DNA of 64,000 nt from Clostridia bacterium (GTDB taxonomy: Bacteria; Bacillota; Clostridia; UMGS1883; UMGS1540), in assembly GCA_045533905.1 (NCBI GenBank), contig JAZSIR010000003.1, forward strand, positions 28,976 to 92,975, read 5' to 3'. The notes under the pieces are model-generated. The model was given only the letters and a program-made list of their open reading frames with translations, had not been told where the DNA came from and ran no database searches. Positions 9,359-19,139 of the stretch are shown piece after piece. A program made the translations under genes and the position numbers. How positions within the stretch are numbered: the first letter of the stretch is position 1; each line of letters begins with the position of its first letter.

Positions 9359-11347
9359 GTGCAGAGAGTTGGCGTATTTGTTTGCCATTGTGGCAGTAAC
9401 ATCGCTGCAACGGTAGACGTTAAACGTGTAGTAGAAGAAGTAAAGAAAGAACAGGGCGTTGTGCATGCGGAGGATTATCCGTACATGTGCTCGGAAGCAG
9501 GGCAGGCCATCATTGCCGCCGCGATCCGTGAAAAGAAATTAAGCGGTATCGTCGTATGCTCCTGCTCGCCGCGTATGCATGAAGCTACCTTCAGAAAAGC
9601 GGCAGAGCGTGCAGGGCTGAACCCCTACATGGTCGAAATCGCAAATATCCGCGAGCACTGCTCCTGGATTCATAAGGATATGGAAGAGGCAACGGAGAAG
9701 GCAGTGATTCTTGCCCGTGCCGCGATTGCCAAGGTGCATTTGAATTCCCATCTTACCCCGGGCGAGAGCCTCGTAACAAAGCGTGCCCTCGTAATCGGCG
9801 GCGGTATTGCCGGTATTCAGACGGCAATCGATATTGCCGAAGCCGGCTACAAGGTGGATATCGTGGAAAAGACGCCTTCCATCGGCGGCAAAATGAGTCA
9901 GCTTGACAAAACGTTCCCCACGCTCGACTGCTCCGCCTGTATTCTTACCCCGAAAATGGTGGAAGCTGCGGCGCATCCCAATATCACGATTTACACCTAT
10001 AGCGAAGTGGAAAAGGTTTCGGGCTTTGTGGGTGACTTTACGGTCGATATCCGCAAAAAAGCCAGAAGCGTAGATATCAATAAATGTACAGGCTGCGGTC
10101 TTTGTCAGGAAAAATGCCCTTCTAAAAAGGCAAAGAGCGAATTTAACCAAGGTCTTTCCACAAGAAGCGCAATTTACACGCCGTTTGCACAGGCAATTCC
10201 GAATGTGCCGGTTATCGATCGCGAAAGCTGCGTGAAGTTTAAAACCGGCAAGTGCGGTCTTTGCGAAAAGATTTGTCAGGCCGGCGCGATTGACTATACA
10301 CAAAAGGATGAAATTTTCTCTGAAAAGTACGGCGCAATTGTAGTTGCCACAGGCTTTGACACAATTAAGCTTGATAACTACGGCGAATATGCTTATAATG
10401 AAAGCCCCGATGTTATCACCTCACTCGAACTCGAGCGCATCATGAATGCGGCAGGCCCCACAAAGGGACATCTCGAACGCCTTTCGGACGGCAAGCACCC
10501 CCACGAAATCGTATTTATTCAGTGCGTAGGCAGCCGCTGTGATGACCATAGAGGGAAGCCCTACTGCTCTAAAATCTGCTGTATGTACACAGCAAAGCAC
10601 GCCATGCTCATCCGCGATAAGTATCCGGATGTAAATGTAACGGTATTTTATATCGACGTGCGTACCCCCGGCAAAAACTTCGATGAGTTTTACCGCCGCG
10701 CCGTGGAGGAATACGGTGTAAATTATATCAAGGGTCAGGTCGGCAAGGTTGTTCCCCAGCCGGACGGCAGCCTTTTAGTGCAAGGCTCCGACCTTCTCGA
10801 TAACCGCCAGATTAAAATGCGCGCGGATATGGTTGTGCTTGCAACGGCAATTGAACCGAACGCTTCGGTTCGTAAGATTGCCACACAGCTTACCGCAAGC
10901 ATCGATACGAATAACTTCTTAACGGAAGCCCACCCGAAGCTTCGCCCCGTAGAATCGCCGACAGCCGGCGTATTCCTCTCCGGCGTATGTCAGGGTCCGA
11001 AGGACATTCCGGAAACCGTTTCGCAGGCAGGTGCCGCGGCGGTTAAGGTTATCGGTTTACTTGCAAAAGATAAGCTTCTCACAAACCCCTGCACCGCAAA
11101 GTCGGATATTCTCCTTTGTAACGGTTGCTCGGTTTGCCAAAATGTTTGCCCCTACGGTGCAATCAGCTATGAAGATAAGGAAGTCAATGACCACGGCATC
11201 CGTGAAACGAGACGTGTTGCGGTTGTAAACGGTGCGCTCTGCCAGGGCTGTGGCGCCTGTACCGTAGCTTGTCCGTCGGGTGCGATGGATCTTCAGGGCT
11301 TCTCAAACAGACAAATTCTTGCGGAGGTGGATGCGATATGTCGGTAG
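9359..11347 (+). CDS. hdrA: Heterodisulfide reductase subunit A-like FAD/Fe-S protein
   Basis: N-terminal Cys cluster VCHCGSN, FAD-binding motif VIGGGIAGIQTAIDIAEAGYKV, inserted ferredoxin domains CTGCGLCQEKCP and CGLCEKICQAG, and C-terminal CNGCSVCQNVCP / CQGCGACTVACP. GTG start after AGGAGGTG. Confidence 0.85.
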   Translation: MQRVGVFVCHCGSNIAATVDVKRVVEEVKKEQGVVHAEDYPYMCSEAGQAIIAAAIREKKLSGIVVCSCSPRMHEATFRKAAERAGLNPYMVEIANIREHCSWIHKDMEEATEKAVILARAAIAKVHLNSHLTPGESLVTKRALVIGGGIAGIQTAIDIAEAGYKVDIVEKTPSIGGKMSQLDKTFPTLDCSACILTPKMVEAAAHPNITIYTYSEVEKVSGFVGDFTVDIRKKARSVDINKCTGCGLCQEKCPSKKAKSEFNQGLSTRSAIYTPFAQAIPNVPVIDRESCVKFKTGKCGLCEKICQAGAIDYTQKDEIFSEKYGAIVVATGFDTIKLDNYGEYAYNESPDVITSLELERIMNAAGPTKGHLERLSDGKHPHEIVFIQCVGSRCDDHRGKPYCSKICCMYTAKHAMLIRDKYPDVNVTVFYIDVRTPGKNFDEFYRRAVEEYGVNYIKGQVGKVVPQPDGSLLVQGSDLLDNRQIKMRADMVVLATAIEPNASVRKIATQLTASIDTNNFLTEAHPKLRPVESPTAGVFLSGVCQGPKDIPETVSQAGAAAVKVIGLLAKDKLLTNPCTAKSDILLCNGCSVCQNVCPYGAISYEDKEVNDHGIRETRRVAVVNGALCQGCGACTVACPSGAMDLQGFSNRQILAEVDAICR

Positions 11348-11775
11348 AAAAAGAATTTAGACCTAAAATCGTTGCATTCTGCTGTAACTGGTGCAGCTAT
11401 GCAGGCGCAGACCTTGCCGGCAGCAGCCGCCTTGCCTACCCTGCAGATGTAAAAATCATTCGTGTGCCCTGCTCGTGCAGAGTCAACCCCATGTTCATTT
11501 TGCGCGCATTCGAAAAAGGGGCCGACGGTGTAATCCTTTGCGGTTGCCACCCGGGCGACTGCCACTATTCCACCGGTAACTATTACGCCAGAAGAAGAAT
11601 GACGCTTCTCTTCTCTCTTCTCGACTATCTCGGCGTAGAAGAAGGCCGCACCCGTGTAGAATGGGTTTCTGCGGCAGAGGGCGTGAAGTTCTCTGAGACG
11701 ATGAACGAATTTGTAGAAAAAATCCGTTCCCTCGGCGAAAATGTAAGATTGGGGGATTTACGATGCAAAAATTAG
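11338..11775 (+). CDS. mvhD: MvhD-like [2Fe-2S] electron-transfer protein, the FlxD equivalent
   Basis: FCCNWCSYAGAD...VPCSCRVNP...ILCGCHPGDCHY, the MvhD fold. The start was moved to an internal ATG with a GGAGG RBS, and it overlaps the hdrA 3' end. Confidence 0.8.
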   Translation: MSVEKEFRPKIVAFCCNWCSYAGADLAGSSRLAYPADVKIIRVPCSCRVNPMFILRAFEKGADGVILCGCHPGDCHYSTGNYYARRRMTLLFSLLDYLGVEEGRTRVEWVSAAEGVKFSETMNEFVEKIRSLGENVRLGDLRCKN

Positions 11776-12737
11776 TAAGCCGCGCAAAAGCGCTTCTTTC
11801 GGACGGCACCGTCGCGCGCGTACTCGGCTGGAAAAATGGCGACCTTGGCACAAACCCCGAACCCGCCTTCTTTGAAAGCGAAGATGCGCTGAGAGATTTT
11901 GTATACGATGCCTTTTGCGGCGCAAATTTATCGAAATATTTAATTGAAGCTTCCAAAAAGGAAGGAAAAACGCTTGTGTTCTTAAAGCCGTGCGACACGT
12001 ATAGCGCAAACCAGCTTTTAAAGGAACACAGAGTCTCGCGCGATAAGATTTATGTTATCGGCGTAGGCTGCAATGGTAAAATCAGCGCGGAAAAAATCCG
12101 TGAAAAAGGCATTCGCGGCATCGAAAAGGTAGAAGGCACAGATGCTTTTGCACCTTTGGAAACTTTAAAGGTGCAAACGATTTACGGCGAATGCGAGGTA
12201 GCATATAACGATGTGATGCTCGAGCGTTGCCACGTATGTAAAGGCAAAGAGCATAAGATTTATGATGAAATTATCGGCGAAAGCCGCGACACCTGTGACC
12301 GCGACCGCATGGAGCGCGTACGCGAGATTGAAAAAATGTCGCCGGCAGAAAAATTCGCCTTTTTCCAGAGCGAGCTTTCCCGCTGCATCCGCTGCAATGC
12401 TTGCCGCAACGTATGCCCTGCCTGCAGCTGCAGAAAGTGCGTGTTTGACAGCACAAAGTTTGATAGCGCACAGAAAGCAAACGCGGATTCCTTCGAAGAA
12501 AAAATGTTCCACGTTATCCGCGCATTCCACGTGGCGGGCCGTTGTACCGACTGCGGCGAGTGCAGCCGCGTTTGTCCCCAAAACATTCCGCTTCACCTTT
12601 TTAACCGTAAGCTCATCGGGGATATAAACGAGTTTTACGGCGAATATCAGGCGGGCGAGGATGCAGAAACCGTAGGTCCGCTTACCGCCTTCACCGAGGG
12701 CGACATGGAACCTTCGGAAGCCAGAGAAAGGAGATAG
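11763..12737 (+). CDS. Fe-S oxidoreductase subunit, FlxC-like, with a 4Fe-4S dicluster domain
   Basis: CIRCNACRNVCPACSC and CTDCGECSRVCPQN motifs. It is translationally coupled to mvhD upstream and to the AsrA-like gene downstream. Confidence 0.65.
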   Translation: MQKLVSRAKALLSDGTVARVLGWKNGDLGTNPEPAFFESEDALRDFVYDAFCGANLSKYLIEASKKEGKTLVFLKPCDTYSANQLLKEHRVSRDKIYVIGVGCNGKISAEKIREKGIRGIEKVEGTDAFAPLETLKVQTIYGECEVAYNDVMLERCHVCKGKEHKIYDEIIGESRDTCDRDRMERVREIEKMSPAEKFAFFQSELSRCIRCNACRNVCPACSCRKCVFDSTKFDSAQKANADSFEEKMFHVIRAFHVAGRCTDCGECSRVCPQNIPLHLFNRKLIGDINEFYGEYQAGEDAETVGPLTAFTEGDMEPSEARERR

Positions 12738-12741
12738 CCGC

Positions 12742-13770
12742 ATGAAAAAGATTGAAAAAGCAAAGCTTTCCGCGCTTTTCGCCGCTATTTCCGAGGAAGC
12801 AAGCTTGATTCTCCCTGTAAAGGAAGGCAGCGAAACAAACTTCGGTCTCTGGAGCGCGGAAGCAGAAGTAGATCTCGACACACTCAAAACCGTAAAATCG
12901 GCAAAAGACGCCTTCTTCCCGCAGTGCGAAACGCTCTACACCTGCCACAAGGAAGACGGGCACCTTCGCATCACGCCGGGCGAGAGAATGGACGAAGATT
13001 TTGTTCTCTTCGGCGTGCGCGCCTGCGATGCCCGCGGCTTTGAAGTGCTCGACCGTGTATTTCTCACGGACCCCGTAGACTCCTTCTATAAAGCCAGAAG
13101 AGAGCACGGCACCGTGGTCTCGATGGCGTGCACAAGACCGGAAGAAACATGTTTTTGTACGACTTTTGGGATTGACAGCGCCGAAGGGGGCGCCGATGTC
13201 GATACGATTTTTGTAGGCGATGCGCTCTACTGGAAAGCAAACACCGAAAAGGGCGAAGCGCTCACCTCTCGTCTTTCCGCACTTTTTGAGGATGCAGACG
13301 AAGCCGCGGCCGAAGGCACAAAAGAAGAAATTCGCGCCATTATGAAGAAGCTCCCGTATGCCGACCTTACAACGGAAGGCTGGGGCGGCGCGGAAGAAAA
13401 AGAAAAGTTCGATTCTCCCCTTTGGGAAGAACTCTATAAGCCGTGCCTTGCGTGCGGTACCTGCACCTTTGTGTGCCCGACCTGCCAGTGCTATGATATT
13501 AAGGACTATACAACCGGAAACGGCGTACAGCGCTATCGCTGCTGGGATTCCTGCATGTATTCCGACTTTACCATGATGGCACACGGCAATAACCGTACAA
13601 GCCAGATGCAGCGCTTCCGTCAGCGCTTTATGCACAAACTCATGTATTATCCGAAGAATAATGACGGTCTCTTCTCCTGCGTAGGCTGCGGCCGATGCGT
13701 AGAGAAGTGTCCGCAGGGTCTTAATATCGCAAAAGTTATGCGCGCGTTTTCGCAGAAGGAGGGTAAGTAA
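12742..13770 (+). CDS. Fe-S subunit similar to anaerobic sulfite reductase subunit A and sulfhydrogenase beta; FlxB-like
   Basis: C-terminal region CLACGTCTFVCPTCQCYD...RYRCWDSCMYSDFTMMAHGN...CVGCGRCVEKCPQG. It is collinear with the AsrA/HydB cysteine pattern. Confidence 0.7.
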   Translation: MKKIEKAKLSALFAAISEEASLILPVKEGSETNFGLWSAEAEVDLDTLKTVKSAKDAFFPQCETLYTCHKEDGHLRITPGERMDEDFVLFGVRACDARGFEVLDRVFLTDPVDSFYKARREHGTVVSMACTRPEETCFCTTFGIDSAEGGADVDTIFVGDALYWKANTEKGEALTSRLSALFEDADEAAAEGTKEEIRAIMKKLPYADLTTEGWGGAEEKEKFDSPLWEELYKPCLACGTCTFVCPTCQCYDIKDYTTGNGVQRYRCWDSCMYSDFTMMAHGNNRTSQMQRFRQRFMHKLMYYPKNNDGLFSCVGCGRCVEKCPQGLNIAKVMRAFSQKEGK

Positions 13771-13772
13771 AA

Positions 13773-14627
13773 ATGTGTGAATGCAATTGCCATGAAAACT
13801 ATACGGAAGACACGCTTATCCCGAAGGTAGGTATTATTACGGATATCCGCACGGAAACGCCGGATGTAAAAACCTTCCGCGTCAATGCCCCCGAGGGCGG
13901 CAAGCTTTTTGAGCATATGCCGGGGCAGTGCGCCATGCTTTGTGCACCGGGCGTTTCGGAAGCGATGTTTTCGATTACTTCTTCGCCCACAAATCGTGAA
14001 TTTCAAGAATTCAGCATTAAAAAGTGCGGCGAGCTTACCGATTATCTCCATAGCCTTACGGTGGGCGACGAAATTACCGTACGCGGACCGTACGGTAACC
14101 ATTTCCCCGTAGAAACAGAGCTCCGCGGGAAAAACCTTCTGTTTATTGCCGGCGGTATCGGTCTTGCGCCGCTCCGCTCCGTTATAAATTACGTACTCGA
14201 TAACCGCGAAAATTACGGCACAGTCGATATTTTATACGGTTCCCGTTCGTCGGCAGACCTTGTACAGCTGAAAGAAATTCAGGAAGTCTGGGCGAAGACT
14301 GCGGGCGTTAACGTATATCTCACAATCGACCGCGAGGAGGAAGGCTGGGACGGCCACGTAGGCTTCGTACCGGCATACCTGAAGGAAATCGGTTTTTCCA
14401 CGGATAAGACGGCACTACTTTGCGGTCCCCCCATTATGATTAAGTTCGTACTTGCGGCACTTATGGAAATGGGCTTTTCCAAAGAGCAGGTATATACCAC
14501 ACTCGAGCTTCGTATGAAGTGCGGCGTCGGCAAGTGCGGCCGATGCAATATCGGTACCCAATACGTCTGCATAGACGGTCCGGTATTCCGCTGCGACGAA
14601 ATCGACGAAATGCCAAACGAGTATTAA
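13773..14627 (+). CDS. FAD/NAD(P)H-binding oxidoreductase with a C-terminal [2Fe-2S]; similar to AsrB and sulfhydrogenase gamma; FlxA-like
   Basis: Ferredoxin-NADP reductase-like fold (RGPYGNHF, LLFIAGGIGLAPL) and a C-terminal CGVGKCGRCNIGTQYVCIDGPVF. Confidence 0.75.
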   Translation: MCECNCHENYTEDTLIPKVGIITDIRTETPDVKTFRVNAPEGGKLFEHMPGQCAMLCAPGVSEAMFSITSSPTNREFQEFSIKKCGELTDYLHSLTVGDEITVRGPYGNHFPVETELRGKNLLFIAGGIGLAPLRSVINYVLDNRENYGTVDILYGSRSSADLVQLKEIQEVWAKTAGVNVYLTIDREEEGWDGHVGFVPAYLKEIGFSTDKTALLCGPPIMIKFVLAALMEMGFSKEQVYTTLELRMKCGVGKCGRCNIGTQYVCIDGPVFRCDEIDEMPNEY

Positions 14628-14645
14628 GAGAGGAGCGAAAAAGAG

Positions 14646-15320
14646 ATGGAAAAAATGGTTAACGTATACTTTTTCGGTAAAAAATACAGTGTACCGGCAG
14701 ACCTTACGATTATGACGGCTATGGAATATGCCGGCTATACCCTCAAAAGAGGTTGCGGTTGCCGTCACGGTTTCTGCGGCGCCTGCGCCACAATTTACCG
14801 CATTAAGGGTAAAAATGAACTGAAAACCTGTCTGGCCTGCCAGACGCAGGTGGAAGAGGGCATGTACATTGCAAGCATCCCGTTCTTCCCGACAGATAAG
14901 AGAACGTACGATATAGGGGAAGTACGTCCCGACCAGCGCGTGATGATGGAGCTGTACCCCGAAATTTACAGCTGTATCGGCTGTAACGCCTGTACAAAGG
15001 CCTGTACACAGAGCCTCTCCGTTATGCAGTACATTGCATACGCCCAGCGCGGCGAATTCGAAAAGTGCGCAGAAGAATCGTTTGACTGCGTAGGCTGCGG
15101 CTGCTGCAGCGTTCGCTGCCCCGCAGGCATCTCCCACCCGATGGTAGGTCTTCTTTCGCGCCGTCTTGTGGGCAAATACATCGCCCCCCGCGCAGAGCAT
15201 CTTAAAAACCGCGTAGACGAAATCAACCACGGTGAGCACGATGCCCTTATCGAGCAGATCATACAAAAACCGATCGCGGAAATGCAGGAACTGTATAACA
15301 CCAGAGACATTGAGAAGTAG
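14646..15320 (+). CDS. Succinate dehydrogenase / fumarate reductase iron-sulfur subunit-like protein (SdhB/FrdB family) with no membrane anchor
   Basis: N-terminal [2Fe-2S] motif CGCRHGFCGACA, then CIGCNACTKACT and CVGCGCCSVRCPAG cluster motifs. Length 224 aa. Confidence 0.65.
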   Translation: MEKMVNVYFFGKKYSVPADLTIMTAMEYAGYTLKRGCGCRHGFCGACATIYRIKGKNELKTCLACQTQVEEGMYIASIPFFPTDKRTYDIGEVRPDQRVMMELYPEIYSCIGCNACTKACTQSLSVMQYIAYAQRGEFEKCAEESFDCVGCGCCSVRCPAGISHPMVGLLSRRLVGKYIAPRAEHLKNRVDEINHGEHDALIEQIIQKPIAEMQELYNTRDIEK

Positions 15321-15334
15321 GAGGGAGAAAGGTT

Positions 15335-16933
15335 ATGTTTACAGCTGAAATGCTCGAATCTATCAAAAAGGTAGAAGCCACAAGAGCGGAGCGTATGAAA
15401 ACCGAGCCGAGAAGAATGACGGCTGAGGAAAAAGACGAGCTCCTGCGCGCCTATCACCCGGACTACCGTGCAGACGGGTTTGATGAAATTTTAGTCGGCC
15501 CGAATAGAGGCGAAAAGGCTCCGAAGGAACTCGCAGGCCTTCTCCATTCCAACAGCCGCATCCTTGGAGTAGATATTGATTTAAACAAAGTCGATTATGA
15601 CGTAGACGTTCTCGTTATCGGCGGCGGCGGCGCAGGCTCTTCTGCGGCGATTGAAGCCCATGAAGCGGGTGCCAATGTTATGATCGTTACAAAGCTTCGC
15701 ATCGGCGATGCAAACACTATGATGGCAGAAGGCGGCATTCAGGCGGCCGATAAGGAAAATGACTCTCCCGCACAGCATTATCTCGATGCTTTCGGCGGCG
15801 GTCACTTTGCGGCCCGTCCCGAACTTCTTCGCCGTCTCGTTATGGAAGCACCTGATGCAATCCGCTGGCTGAATGACCTTGGCGTTATGTTCGATAAGGA
15901 CAAAGACGGCCGCATGGTCACCACCCACGGCGGTGGTACTTCGAGAAAGAGAATGCGCGCCTGCAAGGACTATTCCGGTGCAGAAATCATGCGCACCCTT
16001 CGCGACGAAGTTATTAACCGCGGCATTCCGGTAGTGGAATTCACTTCCGCAGTAGAACTTATCAAAGACGATAAGGGGCAGGTAGCCGGTGCTGTTCTTA
16101 TGAATATGGAAACGGAGGATTACCTCGTAGCACGCGCCAAAACCGTTGTTATTGCAACGGGTGGTGCAGGCCGTCTCCATTACCAGAACTTCCCCACCTC
16201 AAACCACTACGGCGCCACAGCTGACGGTCTCGTCCTCGGCTACCGCGCAGGCGCACCGCTTCTTTATCAGGATACTATTCAGTACCACCCGACAGGCGTT
16301 GCCTATCCGTCCCAGATTTTCGGCGCTCTCGTTACCGAAAAGGTACGTTCCCTTGGCGCAATGCTTGTAAACCGTGACGGTGAAGCCTATGCCCATCCGC
16401 TCGAAACGCGTGACGTTTCCGCATCCGCCATTATCCGCGAATGTGCCAATGGAAAAGGCGTAGAAACACCTTTGGGCAGCGGCGTTTGGCTCGATACCCC
16501 GATGATTGAAATCCTCGGCGGCGAAGGTACAATCGAAAAGCGTATTCCGGCAATGATGCGTATGTACTTAAACTACGGCATCGATATGCGCAAAGTGCCG
16601 ATTCTCGTTTACCCCACGCTGCATTACCAAAACGGCGGTCTTGAAATCGGCGGCGAAGGCTACACGAAAGCCATCCCGAACCTTCTCGTAGCCGGCGAAG
16701 CCGTAGGCGGCATCCACGGCAGAAACCGCCTCATGGGTAACTCTCTCCTCGACATTATTGTATTCGGCAGAAACGCCGGTAAGGCGGCCGCAAAACGTGC
16801 AGGGGAAGTTACACTTGGCGAGATGAATCTTGACCATGTAAATGCATACGCAGAAGAACTTTCGAAGAAAGGCCTCGGCGGCGAAGCTGTTTCTCCGCTC
16901 CTTCTGCCGAAGTATGCACGGCACGAAAGATAA
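15335..16933 (+). CDS. FAD-dependent fumarate reductase / succinate dehydrogenase flavoprotein-like subunit (FrdA/SdhA/NadB superfamily), soluble
   Basis: VLVIGGGGAGSSAAIEA dinucleotide fold, MMAEGGIQAA (non-covalent FAD type, with no His), the HPTG substrate motif, and GRNRLMGNSLLD. It carries an unusual N-terminal extension of about 90 aa. Confidence 0.7.
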   Translation: MFTAEMLESIKKVEATRAERMKTEPRRMTAEEKDELLRAYHPDYRADGFDEILVGPNRGEKAPKELAGLLHSNSRILGVDIDLNKVDYDVDVLVIGGGGAGSSAAIEAHEAGANVMIVTKLRIGDANTMMAEGGIQAADKENDSPAQHYLDAFGGGHFAARPELLRRLVMEAPDAIRWLNDLGVMFDKDKDGRMVTTHGGGTSRKRMRACKDYSGAEIMRTLRDEVINRGIPVVEFTSAVELIKDDKGQVAGAVLMNMETEDYLVARAKTVVIATGGAGRLHYQNFPTSNHYGATADGLVLGYRAGAPLLYQDTIQYHPTGVAYPSQIFGALVTEKVRSLGAMLVNRDGEAYAHPLETRDVSASAIIRECANGKGVETPLGSGVWLDTPMIEILGGEGTIEKRIPAMMRMYLNYGIDMRKVPILVYPTLHYQNGGLEIGGEGYTKAIPNLLVAGEAVGGIHGRNRLMGNSLLDIIVFGRNAGKAAAKRAGEVTLGEMNLDHVNAYAEELSKKGLGGEAVSPLLLPKYARHER

Positions 16934-16948
16934 ATAAAAAAGTAAGAC

Positions 16949-16977
16949 GGGCGAAACTGTAAAAAACGGTTTCGCCC
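16949..16977 (+). other. Stable hairpin with no U-tract between the sdhA-like gene and the transporter gene
   Basis: GGGCGAAAC / GTTTCGCCC, a 9-bp stem with a loop of about 10 nt. No T-run follows it. Confidence 0.4.
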
Positions 16978-17011
16978 ACAAGTCTGTAATCTTGGAAAGG
17001 TAGGAAGGAAA

Positions 17012-18283
17012 ATGACTCTGTTTGGCGGCGTAATTCCTGTAAACGGGATTACCTTTTTGATGTTTTGTGTATTTGTGATTGCGGCAGTGGGCTATGCGCT
17101 CGGTCGCATTACGATAAAAGGTGTAAACCTCGGCACAGCAGGCGTATTTATCGTAGCGCTTTTGTTTGGTTGCTTTTTCTTTGCACCGCTTTCGGCCCAG
17201 CTTCCGAATTATACGGATAAGGCGCTGAAAATCATTGAAAATTTAGGCCTTATTTTGTTTGTAACGTCCGTTGGCTTTATTGCAGGGCCGAAATTCTTCA
17301 GCAATATGAAGAAAAACTTTAAGTCCTATGTATTTTTAGGCATCTTGATTATTTTGGCAGGCGGTCTTTCCGCGGTAGCTTGCATCTACCTTGGCGAAGT
17401 GTTTGGCTACGGTGCTACCATCGAAACACGCGAAGGCTTTGTGGCGATGATTGTCGGTCTTCTTTCCGGCTCTCTTACTTCCACTCCCGCCTTTTCCGCC
17501 GCAAAAGACACCGTTTTGCCGGAGTTTGAAAGCCTCGTATCCGTCGGTCACGGCATTGCGTACATATTCGGCGTTTTGGGCGTAGTCCTGTTTGTACAGC
17601 TGATTCCGAAAATGTGCCGCGCCAATATGGACGAGGAAAGAGCAAAGCTCACCGCCGTTTCCGATGGCGAAGCGAAGAAAGAATACAAAGGCAAGCTCAT
17701 TCATCTTGATGGCTTCGGCTTTGGTGCGTTTGCCCTCGCTGCGATTTTGGGCGTTTTGGTTGGTATGATTAAAATTCCGCTTACGGGCGCAGGCTATGCC
17801 TCTCTCGCTGCAGGCGAAGGCATAAAGGGCACAGCGTTTTCCCTCACCACTACGGGCGGTTGCCTTTTAATGTCCCTCGTATTCGGGCATTTCGGCAGAG
17901 CCGGTCGCATTTCCTTAATGCCCCAGGAATCTACACTCAAGGTTTTCCGTGAGCTTGGTCTTATGCTTTTCTTAATCGGCGCAGGTATCCCGGGCGGCGC
18001 AGAATTCGTTGCGAATTTTGACCCCATGTATTTCGTATACGGCGTAATTATGACAATTGTGCCGATGCTTGTCGGCTACTTCTTTGCAAAGTATGTACTG
18101 AAGCTCAGCCTTCTCAATAACCTCGGTTCCATCACGGGCGGTATGACATCTACCCCGGCGCTCGGCACGCTTATCAACACCGCCGGCACAGAAGCCGTAG
18201 CCGCCGCCTACGCCGCAACATACCCGATTGCGCTCATTGCCGTTGTGCTTGTATCGCAGTTTTTGATTATTTTATTTAAATAA
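17012..18283 (+). CDS. AAE-family (AspT/YidE/SucE-like) transporter, putatively a C4-dicarboxylate / succinate exchanger
   Basis: 423-aa polytopic membrane protein with duplicated Asp-Al_Ex-like halves (GTAGVF...; ITGGMTSTPALG). It lacks the TrkA_C inserts. Confidence 0.55.
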   Translation: MTLFGGVIPVNGITFLMFCVFVIAAVGYALGRITIKGVNLGTAGVFIVALLFGCFFFAPLSAQLPNYTDKALKIIENLGLILFVTSVGFIAGPKFFSNMKKNFKSYVFLGILIILAGGLSAVACIYLGEVFGYGATIETREGFVAMIVGLLSGSLTSTPAFSAAKDTVLPEFESLVSVGHGIAYIFGVLGVVLFVQLIPKMCRANMDEERAKLTAVSDGEAKKEYKGKLIHLDGFGFGAFALAAILGVLVGMIKIPLTGAGYASLAAGEGIKGTAFSLTTTGGCLLMSLVFGHFGRAGRISLMPQESTLKVFRELGLMLFLIGAGIPGGAEFVANFDPMYFVYGVIMTIVPMLVGYFFAKYVLKLSLLNNLGSITGGMTSTPALGTLINTAGTEAVAAAYAATYPIALIAVVLVSQFLIILFK

Positions 18284-18295
18284 AGGAGAAAAACA

Positions 18296-19138
18296 ATGCG
18301 TGAAATTTCTGTAAGCCTTGTTACCGATACCGTAGAAAAGCTTTGCATCGACGCGAACAATCACCTTCCCGAAGATGTAAAGTGTGCCATTTGCGACTGT
18401 CGCGCGAAAGAAGACGGCGAAATTGCAAAAGGCGTTCTCGATAACATCATTGAAAACTTTGAAATTGCGGACCGCGAAAATGTACCGATTTGTCAGGATA
18501 CCGGCATGGCCTGCGTGTTCCTTGAAATCGGGCAGGATGTACACTTTGTGGGCGGCGACCTTTCCGAAGCCATTCACGAAGGCGTACGTCGCGGCTATGA
18601 TAAAGGCTATCTTCGTAAATCCGTTGTAAAAGATCCCGTTCGCCGCGGCAACACCGGCGATAACACCCCCGCGATGATTTACACAGAAATCGTACCGGGC
18701 GAAAACGTAAAAATCACTGTAGGCCCGAAGGGCTTCGGCAGCGAAAATATGAGCCGCATTTGCATGTTCAAGCCGTCCCACGGCATTGAAGGTATTAAGA
18801 ACTTCATTTTGGAAACCGTTGAAATTGCGGGGCCGAACCCCTGCCCGCCGATGGTTGTGGGCGTTGGTATCGGCGGCACATTCGATAAGGCCGCACTTCT
18901 TGCAAAGAAGGCACTTATGCGCCCCATCGATTCTGAAAACCCCGACCCGTATTATGCCGACCTTGAAAAGGAAATGCTCGAAAAAATCAACGAGCTCGGC
19001 ATCGGGCCCCAGGGCTTTGGCGGCAGAACCACCGCAATCGGGCTCAATATCGAAACGATGCCCACGCACATTGCAGGTATGCCGTGCGCTATCAACATTA
19101 ACTGCCACGTAACGCGGCATAAAACGGAGGTGCTCTAA
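18296..19138 (+). CDS. Class I Fe-S hydro-lyase alpha subunit (fumarate hydratase FumA N-terminal / tartrate dehydratase TtdA family)
   Basis: 280 aa, with VPICQDTGMA and GGTFDKAA motifs of the Fe-S L-hydro-lyase alpha family. Confidence 0.8.
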   Translation: MREISVSLVTDTVEKLCIDANNHLPEDVKCAICDCRAKEDGEIAKGVLDNIIENFEIADRENVPICQDTGMACVFLEIGQDVHFVGGDLSEAIHEGVRRGYDKGYLRKSVVKDPVRRGNTGDNTPAMIYTEIVPGENVKITVGPKGFGSENMSRICMFKPSHGIEGIKNFILETVEIAGPNPCPPMVVGVGIGGTFDKAALLAKKALMRPIDSENPDPYYADLEKEMLEKINELGIGPQGFGGRTTAIGLNIETMPTHIAGMPCAININCHVTRHKTEVL

Positions 19139-19139
19139 T

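Noticed and set aside
11763-16933. The flavoprotein and AsrAB-like genes interpreted as a dissimilatory or anaerobic sulfite reductase (AsrABC) or as adenylylsulfate reductase with Qmo.
   Set aside because: No siroheme AsrC/DsrAB-type subunit is present. The Fe-S partner of the flavoprotein has the SdhB/FrdB cluster pattern, with an N-terminal 2Fe-2S plus two Cys clusters. AprB is a ferredoxin instead. Fumarase and a succinate-type exchanger follow directly.
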